Below, piece by piece: positions 13,330 to 27,229 of a stretch of 64,000 nt of DNA (positions are counted from its first letter, which is position 1; each line of letters starts with the position of its first letter). The translations under genes and the position numbers were made by a program. Origin of the DNA: Octopus sinensis (Eukaryota); the NCBI RefSeq assembly GCF_006345805.1, contig NC_043004.1, positions 36,208,001 to 36,272,000 on the forward strand, written 5' to 3'. The notes under the pieces are model-generated. The model had not been told where the DNA came from. It did not search any database and saw only the letters and a program-made list of their open reading frames with translations.

Positions 13330-13490
13330 ATGTATATAAATGACGGTCCTCCACTCAGTTTCCATTTACCAAACAGAAGTGCAAGGCATTAATCTGCCTA
13401 GTAATATAGTAGAAGAAACTTAGGTGCAGTACTGAGAGATTGAACCCCAAACCGCATGGTTTGGAAGCAAGTTTCTTAATGACACACCTA
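13330..13490 (-). mobile_element. CORE-like SINE 5' fragment
   Basis: CAGTTTCCATTTACCAAAC...GATTGAACCC..AACCGCATGGTTTGGAAGCAAG matches 58272-58667. Confidence 0.55.
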
Positions 13491-13722
13491 TATGTGTGTA
13501 TATACTGTTGATATATTAGAGAATTATGTTTTGCTCTCTCTTTCTCTCTCTCTCTTTTACTTTGTGTGTGTGTGTGTTGTCACAGTTATGATAAGTGTTT
13601 GTCTTTCTTTCTCACAATATTATCTTTAATACAAAGAATGAATGGAACACCTTCATCATTTCATCATTGCACAGCATTTCATGCGATTTATTTTTCTGAA
13701 TGAATCAAAGACAAACATATAT

Positions 13723-13776
<54 letters not shown>

Positions 13777-13863
13777 TAGCATCAGTCTCTTTCTATATAT
13801 GTTGCACTTCATACATGCCGATTCCTAAGTCTGTTATTTGTCGTCTACGGAAACACACAAATG

Positions 13864-13894
<31 letters not shown>

Positions 13895-13990
13895 GCATAT
13901 ACATATATGTATATATACATATACATATATATATGTACATATATATATATATATGTATATATATATGTATATATATATATATATAATATG

Positions 13991-14022
<32 letters not shown>

Positions 14023-16149
14023 ATATTATATATATATATATATGCATACACACACTCACACACACATACATAATTGTATGTATTGTATGTTTTGATATGC
14101 AGATCTAAAATAAGAAACTATTTAAATTCCTGAGAGCTAACCTTCTCTCAAAGAATGGAAGGATGCAACTCCAGTTGGCCATTATTCATAACAGAACATT
14201 CCAGTTATAAGAAATGATGTTGAAGTTATCTAACAAAGAATGAGGAAAAGTAAAACAAAAAGCAAAGAAAATAGTAGAGGGAGAATCAAAATAAAAGAAA
14301 GTAGAGAAAATATATAGGAAAACGGAATTGTAGTAAGAAAAGAAACAAAGATGTCGGAAAGACAGAAAAAGAGACAAAGAATAATATAGAGGTGGAAAAA
14401 GAAAGAAAAAGGAAAATAAAGAAATACAAGAGAAAATTAGGGAGTGAATAAGAGGCAAAGGAAATAAATGAAGAGAAAAAAAACGGGAAGAAAGTTAGTG
14501 AAAGATAAAAGAAGACTAGAAAATAAAAAGCAGACAAATAAGGAGAGAGTGAGAGAGAAAATGTAAAAGGATTAGAAGCAATGCTATATTAATAATATAT
14601 AATTGCTTATCTGTTTGTTTAGCCATGTCTCTAGAGTTTGTTGTTGTATTAGTTTATGCAGAGGCAGATGTAGCCTTTCGAGATGAGCTTTATTCAAAGA
14701 TTTGATGTCAGAAATAGATGGGTTTCACACATCTTCAAGACAATTCTTACTCATTCTTTTGCTTTCATTTTCTAATTATTTGCTGCTGTTCTTTCTTGTC
14801 TTTTCTTTTTTTTTAATTTTGCTTTGTTGTTTTTTTTTTTCACAAGGAAATACATAAAAATTTCTTATCTATCTCGCTTTATTTTCATTTTTGTTTGCCT
14901 GTTCAGAGTAGTTTTCTTTTCTGAAAGATTCTACAGAGAGAAGGAAGCACATTATAAAAGTAATAAGAAATCACCAAAACGAAATCACAGGAAAATAATT
15001 TCTACCAGTCTATTTCGCTTTTTTTTTTGTTTTTTTCTTAATCTTACTATTTTACTATTATTTTCCCATCAACTTTGCAATTGCTGATGTTAACAGGGCA
15101 TCCGATTGCCAAACGAAAGAGTCAGTGGCTTGTTACCCATTAGAGACATTATATGGTACCCAAAGCTAACAAACTTATCTCTAGGAACTATAATCAACTA
15201 ACTATAACCAAGGGTAGGTAGATAGAATGCGAAAAATTAATGATTGACGGCATAACTTCAAGACCAAGCATTTGAAATATTTAAAACTGAATTTGGCCGT
15301 GAGCATAATATTTCTTTATTTGATTCACCTGTATTTTGTTTATAAAAAATGTAAATGAATACACTAAGGTTAAGCTGACTTGGAACAATGATAAACGACA
15401 CTTGCTCAAGATGCCATGCTATGAGATTGACTCTGTGTCCTCATCATTGCACTTCTTGACCATTTAGCCATGCTGCATCCAAATAATTTTTAGCTATCAA
15501 ATTTCACTTACAAGGAATTTGTTAACTCGAGTCTATAGAAGAAACTTGCTCAAGGTGCCACACAGCGAAATTGAACCTAGGCTGTTATGTCTGCATTAAT
15601 ATATTCATTAAAATGATGTAACATAACTACTTATCTTATCATTTATTGGAAATTGATCCATTCGATTTTGATATCTGAATTTATCTCTTGCAATAAGTGT
15701 GCTGGAGCTTTATCAGTTGTTGCCAGTTATATACATACACATAGACATGTACGTGATTACAATATTGAAGATTAGGTGTAAGTGCTTCGATCAGATCTAC
15801 CAATAAAACCAGATTGACCAGGTAGGCATTAAAATTACTTATCATCATCAGCCAATCACTTCATCTAAACATTCACTTGCAGAACATATTTAAGAATTAA
15901 GCAGCACACACACCTATCTCATTCCATCAACACTGAATTATCCGAAGTTTGTATTCTGTCTTTTTTAAGGTGTTTAAAATGTGATACCAATTCCTTTCCT
16001 ATCTGTATTTCAATCTGAAATCTCTTGTGTATGTTGTATATGAGTCTAAGTAGAACTTTTTTGCTTTCCTTTTTTTTTTTTGTGAGTGACTGTGAATTTC
16101 TTTCCGTTCCGTAAAGAGGCTGCTTCCTCCTGACTTGATAATTGGCTCT

Positions 16150-17420
16150 TATTCATAAGATAGGAGTTTTCCTTCAGCAAACACTGTTTCCTCTTCAAAG
16201 AAAGCGTACCCCCACATACCACCTCACATTTTCATAGTTTCTTTGGATTAGGTCCACTGTGTCATTTGATTATCTTTATTGGCTACCATTCTCACCAGTG
16301 CTACACAGGGTACTTTCAGTTTGTTTACTGAGAGAATTTTCCTCCTTATTTCCACAGATTACAGTTGAAAGAAAGGGGTCCTTGAGTCTCATGGTTCCAA
16401 CAATCTGCTCTTCAGGTAATGAGGCCGGAACAATTGCATTTGCTGAATGCCAAGTTGTCTGCGGATCGACAACTGCAATAGTTTGTTGTTGTGATCTTTG
16501 TTCTCTTAAATTTTCTGTGCTGAAAATTTCTAAATAAATTTTACTACCACATGTGTAGCAGCTAGTTTGTCCATCTTGAATGCTGAACTATAAGTTCTTC
16601 TTGCAGGCCTTTTCTCTAGGACACAATTCTGAAATTGTTTTGTGGTTTTGCGGAGACATGAAAATTTGTATGCCCATGGTGACCCCTACCAATCACATAT
16701 TGCCAAAAGCTACACCTACATTGACCACTTGCTCATAGTGCACCACGACTGTGACTACTAGCCTAAAGTCTGCATCATTATCGATATCCCTGATGGAGAC
16801 CCCCTATATTTCTTTTTCCCAAACACTGCAAGGCCAACTCATGGATAGGTGTGTCAAGTACTATGTGGACTTTCTCTTTCGTCAGACATTGCATTTTTAA
16901 GATGGCATGTATAGTGCCATATGCTATTCCTCTTCCAGTCAGGAATATTTCTCTTAAAGTATTTGCTAAGACATCTAAACTTACATTGATAAAGCAAGGA
17001 AACCCCTGTACTTTTGGCAAGATAAAGTTTGTTACTTTCTTCCTCCAGGGATTCTATGAGATTCATTGTGGTATACTTGTACTTGTCCTGTGTTAAAAAT
17101 CTGTCCAGGTTTTCGACCTTCCTTCAAGATGTTCTATATCAAGGGTTTTTTTAAAGAAAAGGTTAGCTTTTCTGTTTCCATTTTAACGCATGATGTGGGT
17201 TATGAGCACATACTGCTGTTGTTGTTAAAACTGTTGCTCATTATGCTTATTTTTCTTATTGAATTGCTATTTTTTAATACTTTCTCAATTTGTTTTTCTG
17301 TTCCTTAATATATATCTTATTTGCTTATCTTCTTTTGACGGTTATTTGTTTTATTGCAATCCTTTTGAAAAATGGATCTAAGGAAAGAAACAGTCATTTT
17401 TTTTTCTTAACTGTAGCTTT
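16150..17420 (-). mobile_element. Decayed ORF1-like region of a non-LTR retrotransposon
   Basis: Frame ...HELALQCLGKRNIGG resembles ELALLPTYLGTRTSKIKIG of the knuckle-bearing ORF1 at 39350-40600; many stops. Confidence 0.35.
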
Positions 17421-17635
17421 AGCAGAATTAAATGAAAATAATTTCAAAACTATCCTTGTTGTCATGCCCTCTGTGATAGGTAGGGCTTTGGAAAGGTTTA
17501 CTGATGGTTCCTGTGAGAAAGGAAATCTGGAATGAAAGTTACATTCTCCTTCAGTTATACTTGAGCAAACAGAGTGCAAGTTACATTTTCACTTCAAAGT
17601 CTGCAATGTTACTATTACTGCTGCTGCTGCTGCTG

Positions 17636-17676
<41 letters not shown>

Positions 17677-17729
17677 GATGATGATGATGATGATGTGATG
17701 ATGATGATGATAAGAAGAAGAAGAAGAAT

Positions 17730-19240
17730 ACTCAATTACCTGCTATTTATGGGTAATTTGAAGTTGTACACAAAAAGTGAGGCAGGATTGGATAGTCTAG
17801 TCCATTCTATGCAGATTTTCTCGAATGATACCAATATGGCGTTTAGACTTTCAAAATGTGCTGATTGTGATGATACGATGAAGGTTTGTCTGGACAGAAT
17901 GTATATGCATGCCAAGTGATGAAATGCTGGAGGTAACTGAACCTGAATCCAGATATAAGCACATGAGAATATTTGAAACAGATGGAATGAAGTATGATGG
18001 TAGGAAAGAAGAGGCAGTGAAAGAGTATCTGTGGTGAGTGAGAAAAATATTGGATTCAAAGTTGAATGCCAAAAGCCATAATTTCAGCTATAAATTCACG
18101 TGCAGTCACAGTAGTTCGGTATGACACTAGAATACTGAAGTGGTGGAACGGATGTGTGAAAGGAGTTGGACAGGAAGAGAAGAATGCTCCTAACGATGCA
18201 TGGAGCCCATTATGCAGACACAGACTGCCTACGCATGAAGAGACCAAATGGAGGAAGGAAACTGCTAAGTGTGGAAGACTGTGCATATTGAACATAGGAT
18301 CTTGCTGAGATATCTAACTCAAAGTGAGGAAACCTTTCTAGTAGCAGTTAGAGTAGATATCATATTGAAAGCAGGAAAAAACAAACAAGATGTACCAGAA
18401 GGACATGAATAAGCACTATGCAATAAGGGACTATACAAACAATTCCATGTAGCCACAACTGATGTTGGAGAGCATTGGTGAGACTAGTTAAAGAAACGAG
18501 CACTTAAAAAGGAGACTGAGAACGCCGTGTTTACAGAGCAAGACTAAGTTTGGTCAAAAATTGGAGACTCGACCTTAGAAATGAGCCAGTGCCTCCATTG
18601 TGTCGAATTTGTAGTGGATTTGACGAAACTAATTTCAATATTGCAAATGAATGCCCCAAACATTACAAGTTGTGGCAATATGATGAGGTAGCAAAAGTAC
18701 TACATTAGAAAACTGTGTGAAAAGTGGAGGTTAGAGAGAGGCAAGACATGGTACAAACACAAACCACAGAGAGTGGCAACGTGGAAAACCTGTAAAATCC
18801 GGTGGGATTTCTCAATTGAAATGGACCTGGTGCTTCAGTAGAAAAAACCAGACCTATTAGTCGTAGAGAAGGTAAACCACATGTGCTCCATAATTGATGT
18901 TGCCTGTCCATGTGATCCACGAATAGTCAAGGAAGGTGAAAAATTAGACTTATAACATCCTCTTAAATATGAGATAATCCGACTTTGAAAGACAAAATGG
19001 ATTAAGATAGTGCCAATTATTGTTGTAGCCTTTGGGACAATATCAAAAGGTATTGAGAGGAAAGTAAAAGAATTGGGAATAAATTACCATGTAGAGCTGT
19101 TGCAAAATGATTTCATTCTTGGCACAGCCAGAATCATCAGGAAAGTATTAGATGAAGAGAACAAATAGTATGACATTGTAAGCTGCGGGTAGCAAACCCG
19201 CTACTCATGCAAGGCTCCAGGAGTTCTAACAAGACATGAG
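17730..19240 (+). mobile_element. Decayed R4/Dong-type RLE LINE, RT motif C to 3' end
   Basis: LNYLLFMGNLKLY (decayed LLFMDDLKLY), AINSRAVTVVRY, CRICSGFDETNFNIANEC knuckle, PIIVVAFG, ELLQ...LGTARIIRKVLD; starts inside a trinucleotide array. Confidence 0.85.
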
Positions 19241-19715
19241 TTGAAAGAAGAATTTCTTATTAAAATCGCAAAATGTGGAATCTCAAGGTGGTTAAAATAC
19301 CAATGATTGTAGGAGCACTTAGAGTGATCAAAAAAAGAACTGCGAATTACTTGAGAATGATCCCTGGCTTACCACCCATGCAAGAAGTATAAAAGATTGA
19401 TTCAACTGGTACATCACACGTATTAGGAGAATTATTCTAGTGAAATTTTCCCACTTTTTCTCTTTTTTCCTTTTTCTTTCTCTTTTCCCTCTTTTCTTTT
19501 TTTCTTTAGTTCTTTTTTCCATCACATAACTTGACACTTGTAAATGAATAATCTGAGGGGTTTATTTTAATAGCCTGCCAATGTATATAGTGAGTTTCTT
19601 TGCTCTAGGTGTCTGGAAAACACTCGGCAAGAAATGGAGACAGAATTGAAAGAAGAAGAAAATTACCATAATAGTAATGATGATGATGCAATGCTAGGCA
19701 GTGGCTTTCATGATA

Positions 19716-19835
19716 TGCCCTGATGCAGTACCAGGCAGAAGCTCTCATGGCTTCTCATTTTAACTGATTGGAAATGTTATCATTTACGGGTATAAAAGAT
19801 GGACGACAACAAATATTCTGCCCAATACCACAGAA
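19716..19835 (+). mobile_element. 5' fragment of the non-coding (TAA)n-associated repeat also seen at 54947-55470
   Basis: GGCTTCT...TTAACTGATTGGAAATGTTATCAT...GTATAAAAGATGG..CAAATATTCTGC is the reverse complement of about 55375-55470. Confidence 0.6.
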
Positions 19836-20129
19836 TATTTGGTGTAGTATATTGGCTACCCACAGATGAGTTCTATACTCGCAGCATCGGCTTTGCCTTT
19901 GTCAGAAAGTAAGAAAACAAGATTGTTGTTTTGGGCTATCATAAATATTAATACATATCCTATTTGATGGCATAAAAATCGCACCACGTATCAGATGCAC
20001 CTTAATTTCAGCAACACCTTATGAGGAAAAAAAATTATTCTGCAGACACCTTTAAAGGAAGGCAATTCTTTCTTGATATTAGTATTATATTATTTTATTT
20101 TATTATTATTATTGTTTTTTATTTAACTC

Positions 20130-20580
20130 AGGTTTGGTCTTATCTGGTACGATTTATGTGGGTAGCGGGTTTCTGCCTGTAACCTTAAGTATCCACAAGT
20201 TTTCAGTAGTCTTTCAAGTGCTAACTTGTCGATACTTCATTATTATTATCATTATCATCATCATTATTATTTGTCCACAGATTCTGCACTTATCACTTTC
20301 TGCTGTATTGTCTATTCTGTATTTTACGTAGTTTGTTCTTAGTACTTGCTCTTGGGCAGCACAGATTAGAGCCTCCGTTTCCGGTGTTAAATCACTTTTA
20401 GTCATCCACAGCCATCTGTCTTATCTTCAACATCCCTATGAAATTGACCAGGCATTCTTTTCTTTACCCACCTATTTTCAGTTTCATTCGTTTTCAGTTG
20501 CTTGTACAGTGCTTTATCTTTGCAATCTTCCATCCTTCACGAGCCTGACCTTCTTCTAATAATAGTGGTTCTATGGCATT
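20130..20580 (-). mobile_element. R4/Dong-type LINE fragments
   Basis: MTKSDLTPETEALICAAQEQVLRTNYVKYRIDNTAESDKCRICGQ is the typical pre-zinc-knuckle segment; 3' UTR matches 27675-27780. Confidence 0.8.
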
Positions 20581-20584
20581 CACA

Positions 20585-21468
20585 GCTTCTAACGCTGGAG
20601 ATGTACAGCAATGTCAGCTGTTCATTGCCAGTGAATTAAGATAATACTCGTTATCTTAAAGATGATACCAACATCATTTGGGCAATGCTGATGGAATATT
20701 TTCCACATGATGCAGATGATGTAGCGCTCACAGCGGCGTTGGAGGCAATAAAGCTTGAGCTTTTCTAGTTGACCCCAATAGTCAAGGCCAGTCATGCCAT
20801 CTATCCTTTTGTAATTGACCTTTGAGGTGCTATAGTTTTCATCATACTTTGTTTCGTTTGGGGGAACCACAGTGGACAACAGTATTCAAGGTGGGATCGG
20901 GCGAAAATGGAGAAGTGAAGGATAATGGTATGGAATCTCTCAAATGGAAAGTTCTGTGAATCCAGGAACACATTCTGCAGCCCATGTCAACTTTGCTGTT
21001 TATATGAGCGGCTCAGCTTATGTTGATGTCCACAATTACTCCCAAGTCTTTGATGTTATTGGATGCCATGGGAGCTTCACCTGAAGGAAGGAAATATGGG
21101 AGTTTCAGGGTATTCTTTTTGTCCGAAGTGGATAAACTTAAATGTTTCAACAGCAGCATATTTTTCTTTTCCACCCATTGGATGACAGCCAGTCGGTCTG
21201 ACATAAGGCATGTCCGGTCACCCACTTCATTGATGACCTGGAACTTGGAATGATCTGCAAAGATTCTTATGTTGCTGTGTTTAATGATGTCAGTAATGTC
21301 ATTGATATAGATGATGAAAAGAAGTGGGCCCAACACAGTACCTTGTAGAACACCACTACTGACTTTGGCTGGACTTGGTTTTACTCCTTCGACTACAACA
21401 TGTTGGGTTCTGCTTGTCAGAAAACTCTTGATCCATTGTAGTAACTTTCCAGAGATACCAGTGATGGA
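20585..21468 (-). mobile_element. CR1/L2-group LINE reverse transcriptase fragment
   Basis: [25 protein letters not shown]...[21 protein letters not shown]...IFADHSK...KDLGVIVD; later LDYWGQLEKLKLYCLQRRCER. Confidence 0.9.
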
Positions 21469-21671
21469 TAAATATATATATGCATACATATACATATATA
21501 TGCACATATATACAAACATATATATGCATACATATATATACACATATATATTTACATACATAAATATATATATATATATAATCATACATATATATATACA
21601 TATATATATATATATATGTGCATACATATATATATATGTGCATACATATACATATATATGCATACATATAC

Positions 21672-21714
<43 letters not shown>

Positions 21715-21849
21715 CATACATATATATATATATATGTATATACATACATACATATATAAATATATATATATATATGTATATACATGCATTCATATATAAA
21801 TATATATAATATATATATATATATGTATATATCCAAAATATTTTATAAT

Positions 21850-22212
21850 TATATATATAATTATAACAAGGGATCGGCTTTACACCTCACCACGCACTGC
21901 AAGAAATAGACACTAAAACCCCTATTACCACTTTAAAATCTTCGAGAATAACACAGCAAAAGAAAAATAATGAATCAACAAGATTCGGTTAACTGCGTAC
22001 AAGATAGTGTTTCAAGCTTAAAGTAAAAATATTTTACCTGCTGCTCTCATCAGCAACAGTACTCCATAGCATAAATTTACGAGTATCTCAAAATATGCAT
22101 GTAATCGACGACATCGCATGACCAATATCCATCCACACTCGTAAATATATGCTGCCAAGTAGAATTCGCATCTTTCGTTTATACCCACGTGTAGTGTGTT
22201 AAGATTTAGACT
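21850..22212 (-). mobile_element. Penelope-like 3' end (GIY-YIG tail plus hammerhead)
   Basis: Minus strand LNLNTLHVGINERCEF resembles L.TL.P.GIN; HHR at 21993-22059; abuts (TA)n. Confidence 0.6.
21993..22059 (-). ncRNA. Type I hammerhead ribozyme motif
   Basis: CTGTTG-CTGATGA-GAGC[agcaggtaaaatatttttactttaa]GCTT-GAAA-CA ctatct TG-TA-CGCAG; core intact, stem I has one bulge. Confidence 0.6.
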
Positions 22213-22214
22213 GC

Positions 22215-22470
22215 AGTAAATACAGTACCAGGACCTAGCCACTGAGTTACAGAGACTATGGAAAGTGCAGGTAAAATGTATTTCTGTAGTTATAGGTGCA
22301 TTAGGAACTATCCCTAAAGATTTGAACAGATAGATTAGGGAAATAGGCATAAAACCCAGTTTTGTAAAGCTCCAGAAAACAGTGTTATTAAGGGCTGCTA
22401 GGATACTTAGGAGGGTTCTTGGCATCTAAGGTTACTTGCTGAAGTTTGATGTTCGGAATTTTTCTTTTTT
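22215..22470 (+). mobile_element. R4/Dong-type LINE 3' end (RLE C-terminus)
   Basis: YQDLATELQRLWKVQVKCISVVIGALGTIPKDL...LQKTVLLRAARILRRVLGI*. Confidence 0.85.
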
Positions 22471-22762
22471 GACAGTCTAATCGGTTGAGCGTATATGAAA
22501 TATATATATACAACGACCTCGAACCCACAAGAGTAAACAAGAGAGACAGAGACAGGCAGAAACAAGGAAAAGCCATTTGTATTTGAACACTATACAAATA
22601 TTCTTAAAAAAAACTTTTCTTTTAATTTTTCCAAAATTTAATTATGTAATTGTTACAGTTGAAAAAGTCTCAATGACTGAAACCGGTACTGAAATGTTTT
22701 TTATAAAATTATTTTAGCATTTTCTATCTTGACTTTTTTTCCATATATATATATAGTAGTAA

Positions 22763-22800
<38 letters not shown>

Positions 22801-23661
22801 ATGATGATGATAATCTGAAATAAAAACAACTACTACTAATACATTAAATGTGATAAAAGTTACTGCAATGTCTCTGGACGGGAAACAATAATTTGTGTTG
22901 GGTAACCTGACCTTTGTTTCCAAAGGTGAATGATTTATCAGGTGAACGTGTGCAGGTTTTCACAAGATCTAACTGAAGTATTCAACGTGTTTTTTCTTCT
23001 TCCCCCAGTTATTATTTTAAATATCCATTTTTATTGTTGCTTCTGTTAAATGTAAGGTTAATCACTTCATGTCCAGAAATTTCTAAAGCTTGCGGCAACA
23101 ATCTACAGTTCACCTTAGAGCTATTTCATGAGAGAAGATCGTAACCAAAATTCTCCAACCTTTACATACTCATTTTTATTGTCTCATGCTATTAATTAGC
23201 TTTAAAACGAAGACAAGATATTAATACGCGAGGCGAGGACAAGGAAAAGAAGACGGCAGAAGAAGAGAAGAAGAAGAAGAAGAAGAAGAAGAATGCGATG
23301 GGGATGAAGTTGAGCAAGTAGAAAAAGATGGTGAGGATTATGATGATGTGGAAGAAGAAGAAGGAGGACAACAACAACAACAATAACAAGACAATTTTTC
23401 ATTATAACTTGCAGTTTTAAAACTCTTAGTATTCTTAAAATCTAGCGACAGCAATTTGCTTGTATTTTATTGCTATTTCTGTCCACATACAATTCCAATA
23501 GAAACTGATGCCGCAGAATGTCAAATTTATCACTTAGATGGAAGGGGAAAAAAAAAACGTACGAAAAAAGAAAAAAAAGCAAATAATTGATGATCATACA
23601 TATCTATATCAGATTTCACTCAATCTAACTTTCTAAAGCTAGCAACAAACAGCTCACTTTG

Positions 23662-23732
<71 letters not shown>

Positions 23733-24026
23733 ATTCTTTCCTTTCTCGCTCTATCTCATTCACGTTTACAATGTTTTCTTCGGCTTTTATGTTGTAAGGT
23801 GTACATATCCATACAGAAATACATACATTCATTCATACATACAGACACACACACACACACATATATATGCTATATATGTGTGTGTGTGTGTGTATTTGCA
23901 TTTATATATATATATATATATATGTTTATATATGTATATATATATATATGTCTGTATGTATGTGTCTAAGTATATTTTATGTATGTATATATATTATGTT
24001 TATTTACCTATACTTATGTATATATA

Positions 24027-24102
<76 letters not shown>

Positions 24103-25084
24103 GTGTGTGTATGTATGTATGTATACGTATATATATGTGTATATACATATATGTATACATATTTATATATATATATATACACACGTTTCTTAAATGTGTG
24201 TATATATGTCTGTATGAATGTACGCATGTATGTGTGTTAATGTATTATATGTGTATGTGTATGCATATATGCGTATTTGTGTGTGTGTGTGAGTGCATTT
24301 ACCTATACACACACATAGACACACATGCACACACATGTCATTGCCATCGTCACTCCGTCAGCACTACACTACTTGCAACTGTAGTTGTGTTTTCTCTGCA
24401 TCAATGGCTACTGAATAGTTTGAACGACGTCGTCTAATAAAGCAAGTATTTTTGCAGAAGTGTTTGATGGAGTGATTAAATTATTTCAAAGATGAATAAA
24501 ATATCCATGAGATTGATCCCTGGATTCACTCAAATTCAAAGGAAAGCTAACATGAAAGATGTATTCAGCACTGTTAATAGATAATTGCAAGTATTTCCCC
24601 GAAGAAAAGATCTTCTATTTAATGCCGTTTCCATGAATTTCATTTTTTTCCCCTTGCTTTTCATTTCTTTTCGATAGACTCTTCTTGATATTTCTGTTGA
24701 TATGTCAAGTGGCAGAGAGAAAAGATGCAAGTATTTCGGTCTATGATACAGTTTTGATTTTTCTTTGAAAGTCATTTCAATTCACTCAAGCTGCTAATAC
24801 TCTCGAGAGAGCATTGCCCGCCTTGAAATATAGTCAGAGTGTACTACACTGAGTGGTGATCCCCGGGTGGAGGTGGTAGACTTACATGGCACAGGCAAAA
24901 GCAAGAAACTACCGTAAAATCTCTCACCAAAAATAAAGCTGGTAACAAATTTCTCCTCGGTTAAACACTGCTCTTCTTTCTTACAACCTGTCTTTTAATC
25001 AGTTATGTGGACTGAGCTAAGTCAAGTTATCTTCTTTGTATGTGAGTACAGTGCAACATGGGCTTCATTATATTAGTAACGATG

Positions 25085-25290
25085 AAGAGTGAACTGGTAG
25101 ACTCGTTAATGCGTCGAACAAAATGCTTAGTGACATATCTTTGCTGTTTGCGTTCTAAGTTCCAGTTCCGCCGAGGTCGACTTTGTCTTTCATTTTTTCA
25201 AATTCGATAACTAAGTACCAGTGGAGCAGATGCAATCACAGCCCACTCCCACCAAATTGCAGGCCTTGTGCCTTTTCTTTTTAGAAAGAA
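25085..25290 (+). mobile_element. Meta/MESC-core SINE copy
   Basis: TTCCGCCGAGGTCGACTTTGTCTTTCAT...TAAGTACCAG...GGCCTTGTGCC. Confidence 0.7.
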
Positions 25291-27229
25291 ACAGTTATAT
25301 TTGTAAAGCTACCTCCCAATTCAAGCATAATAAATCAGTCATTTTGATGAAATATACAGTAATTCTCCCATTTTAGGGATGTTTTGATGACGGTTCAATC
25401 TCCCCGAAATATATGGAGTTAGCACTTTTGGCCAATGAAACACTTATCAATTGAACAGTTCTAACTATAGTTCACTTTTAGGGATATGTAGTCGGAACTA
25501 TCGAGAATTAATTATATTCGCCATAAGTATATTTCAAGAAACAAAACCTTGGATATCCTATCAAATTGTTTAGGATGTATTTTGGTGGAGTTTTTATTAT
25601 CATTCTGTTGCAACGTTTTCACTTCGTATTTTCAGAATTCTATTATTTATCGTATCAACCTAAATACAAAATCGACGCTAGAATTGCAAAATGACCCAGT
25701 TTATAATAACAGCCATAACATTAAATTTCCCGTTAAATGTTTCACTTCTGAATACATCTATGTGGCCCGATAACGTCGATACCACATCTACCAGTAACCT
25801 TCACGGCTATTTATGTAATAATTCACAAAAATAATAATGCTGCAGCAAAACTAAACAAACGAAACCACTTCGAGTTTTATCAACGAAATCTAATGAAGAT
25901 GTGATTTATTTTGTATTCAGATGGAAAGACTATGTTTCTGCAACCAAATTCACTGGAATGGTGTGAGGATCAGCTACATAAAATCTAAACTTATAATTCT
26001 GGTGACACTGATAGCTCGTTCAGAGGAAAGGAAACATGTTGGTTGATCATAATATGTACCGAAATCGTAATGAGGTCGTCCGTTTCAGTGTTCATATACG
26101 ACGGCGTCAAACCTTTAATTGTCAAACGTGTAATCTGCAGAAACTGTCAAGAAAGTCTTATATATTCAAGTGCAAGATCTTTGAAATAGATTTGGACTTG
26201 GTGAGAATATTGCCAAGGAACACGTACTTTTAATTTAGTGAAACTGGAGAAGCTGGCAAAAGTCGTCCATTCTTTTTATTTTCAGAGTTGCAAAGTGTTG
26301 GATCAGCCGGCATTTACAAACGTGTAAAGGTTTAATTCCATTCCAGACATTCTTTGCAACATCAGAAAGTAAGATCATGGAAGTTATTCTACAGCAAAAG
26401 TAAAGACATATCAATGTTCAGTCTATTTATGTATATGAACACGTCGAATTAGTGAACATATTTTTTTAAATGTGCAGAAGCAAGCACAAAATCTAAATTA
26501 CCAAATCAGGGGATTTACGAAGAAAATGAAGGTTTTGGGTGTTTTTTTTCTATTCATCTCAACCTTTGAGAAAAAAAAATTGGTCATCATTCGTCCGATA
26601 ATTTTATTTTAATAGTGGCATTACATGAAGATATTTCACTACTGTCCCTGCCACTTCAAAAGTAGATATTGAATACGTTGGACTTTTGATCAAAATCTTA
26701 ACCATAAAGTTAAAACTGTTCTCATTCCAGCAAAAGCTGACATTTGCCATCAAAGTTCTTTAGTTGTCAAAGTAATCCATCTACTTGGCGCCCAAGCACT
26801 TCACCTGATCTTTATGAAAACGAAGAAGGCATGCAGCTTATCAACAAGTATTATGATTCTTGGTGCTGTAATCTTACGCTTTCCCTAAAACAATGTTGGT
26901 AGTAAAACAGAAACGCATCAGATTACATATGAGACGAACATCATCAAATTCAACCCTTGTGGGATTCCAACTTAGAATGCCCAATGGTGTTATGTTACCT
27001 TTATATTCTAGTTTCAGACTTTATCATGCTTGTGTCTGGTTTTAATCTTCTCGAGGTTGACAAAATAAGTAACAGTTATGTATTGGGGTCGAGTTAATCT
27101 ACTAATTCCTTTCTCCAAAATTTGTGGCTTTATATTTAAATTCAATATCATCATCACCATCATCATTATCTGATGAAAACTTTCAGCCTGTTTTGCAGGG
27201 TATGATGGCATGTCAGCTGTCCACAGCCA

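Noticed and set aside
13793-14108. Long Y/I/C/V-rich ORFs here and at 21311-21836, 23659-24437, 34463-34838, 57923-58296 and similar sites
   Set aside because: They are translations of (TA)n/(CA)n/(TG)n microsatellites that lack stop codons, not proteins.
22656-22691. CAG-TTGAAAA-AGTC tcaat GACT-GAAA-CCGG-TA-CTG hammerhead relic
   Set aside because: The stems fit but two core positions are mutated; counted only as a relic, not as a functional ncRNA.
25860-26900. Complex non-repetitive stretch that might be exons or a DNA transposase
   Set aside because: No sustained open frame or recognisable motif in the frames I read.
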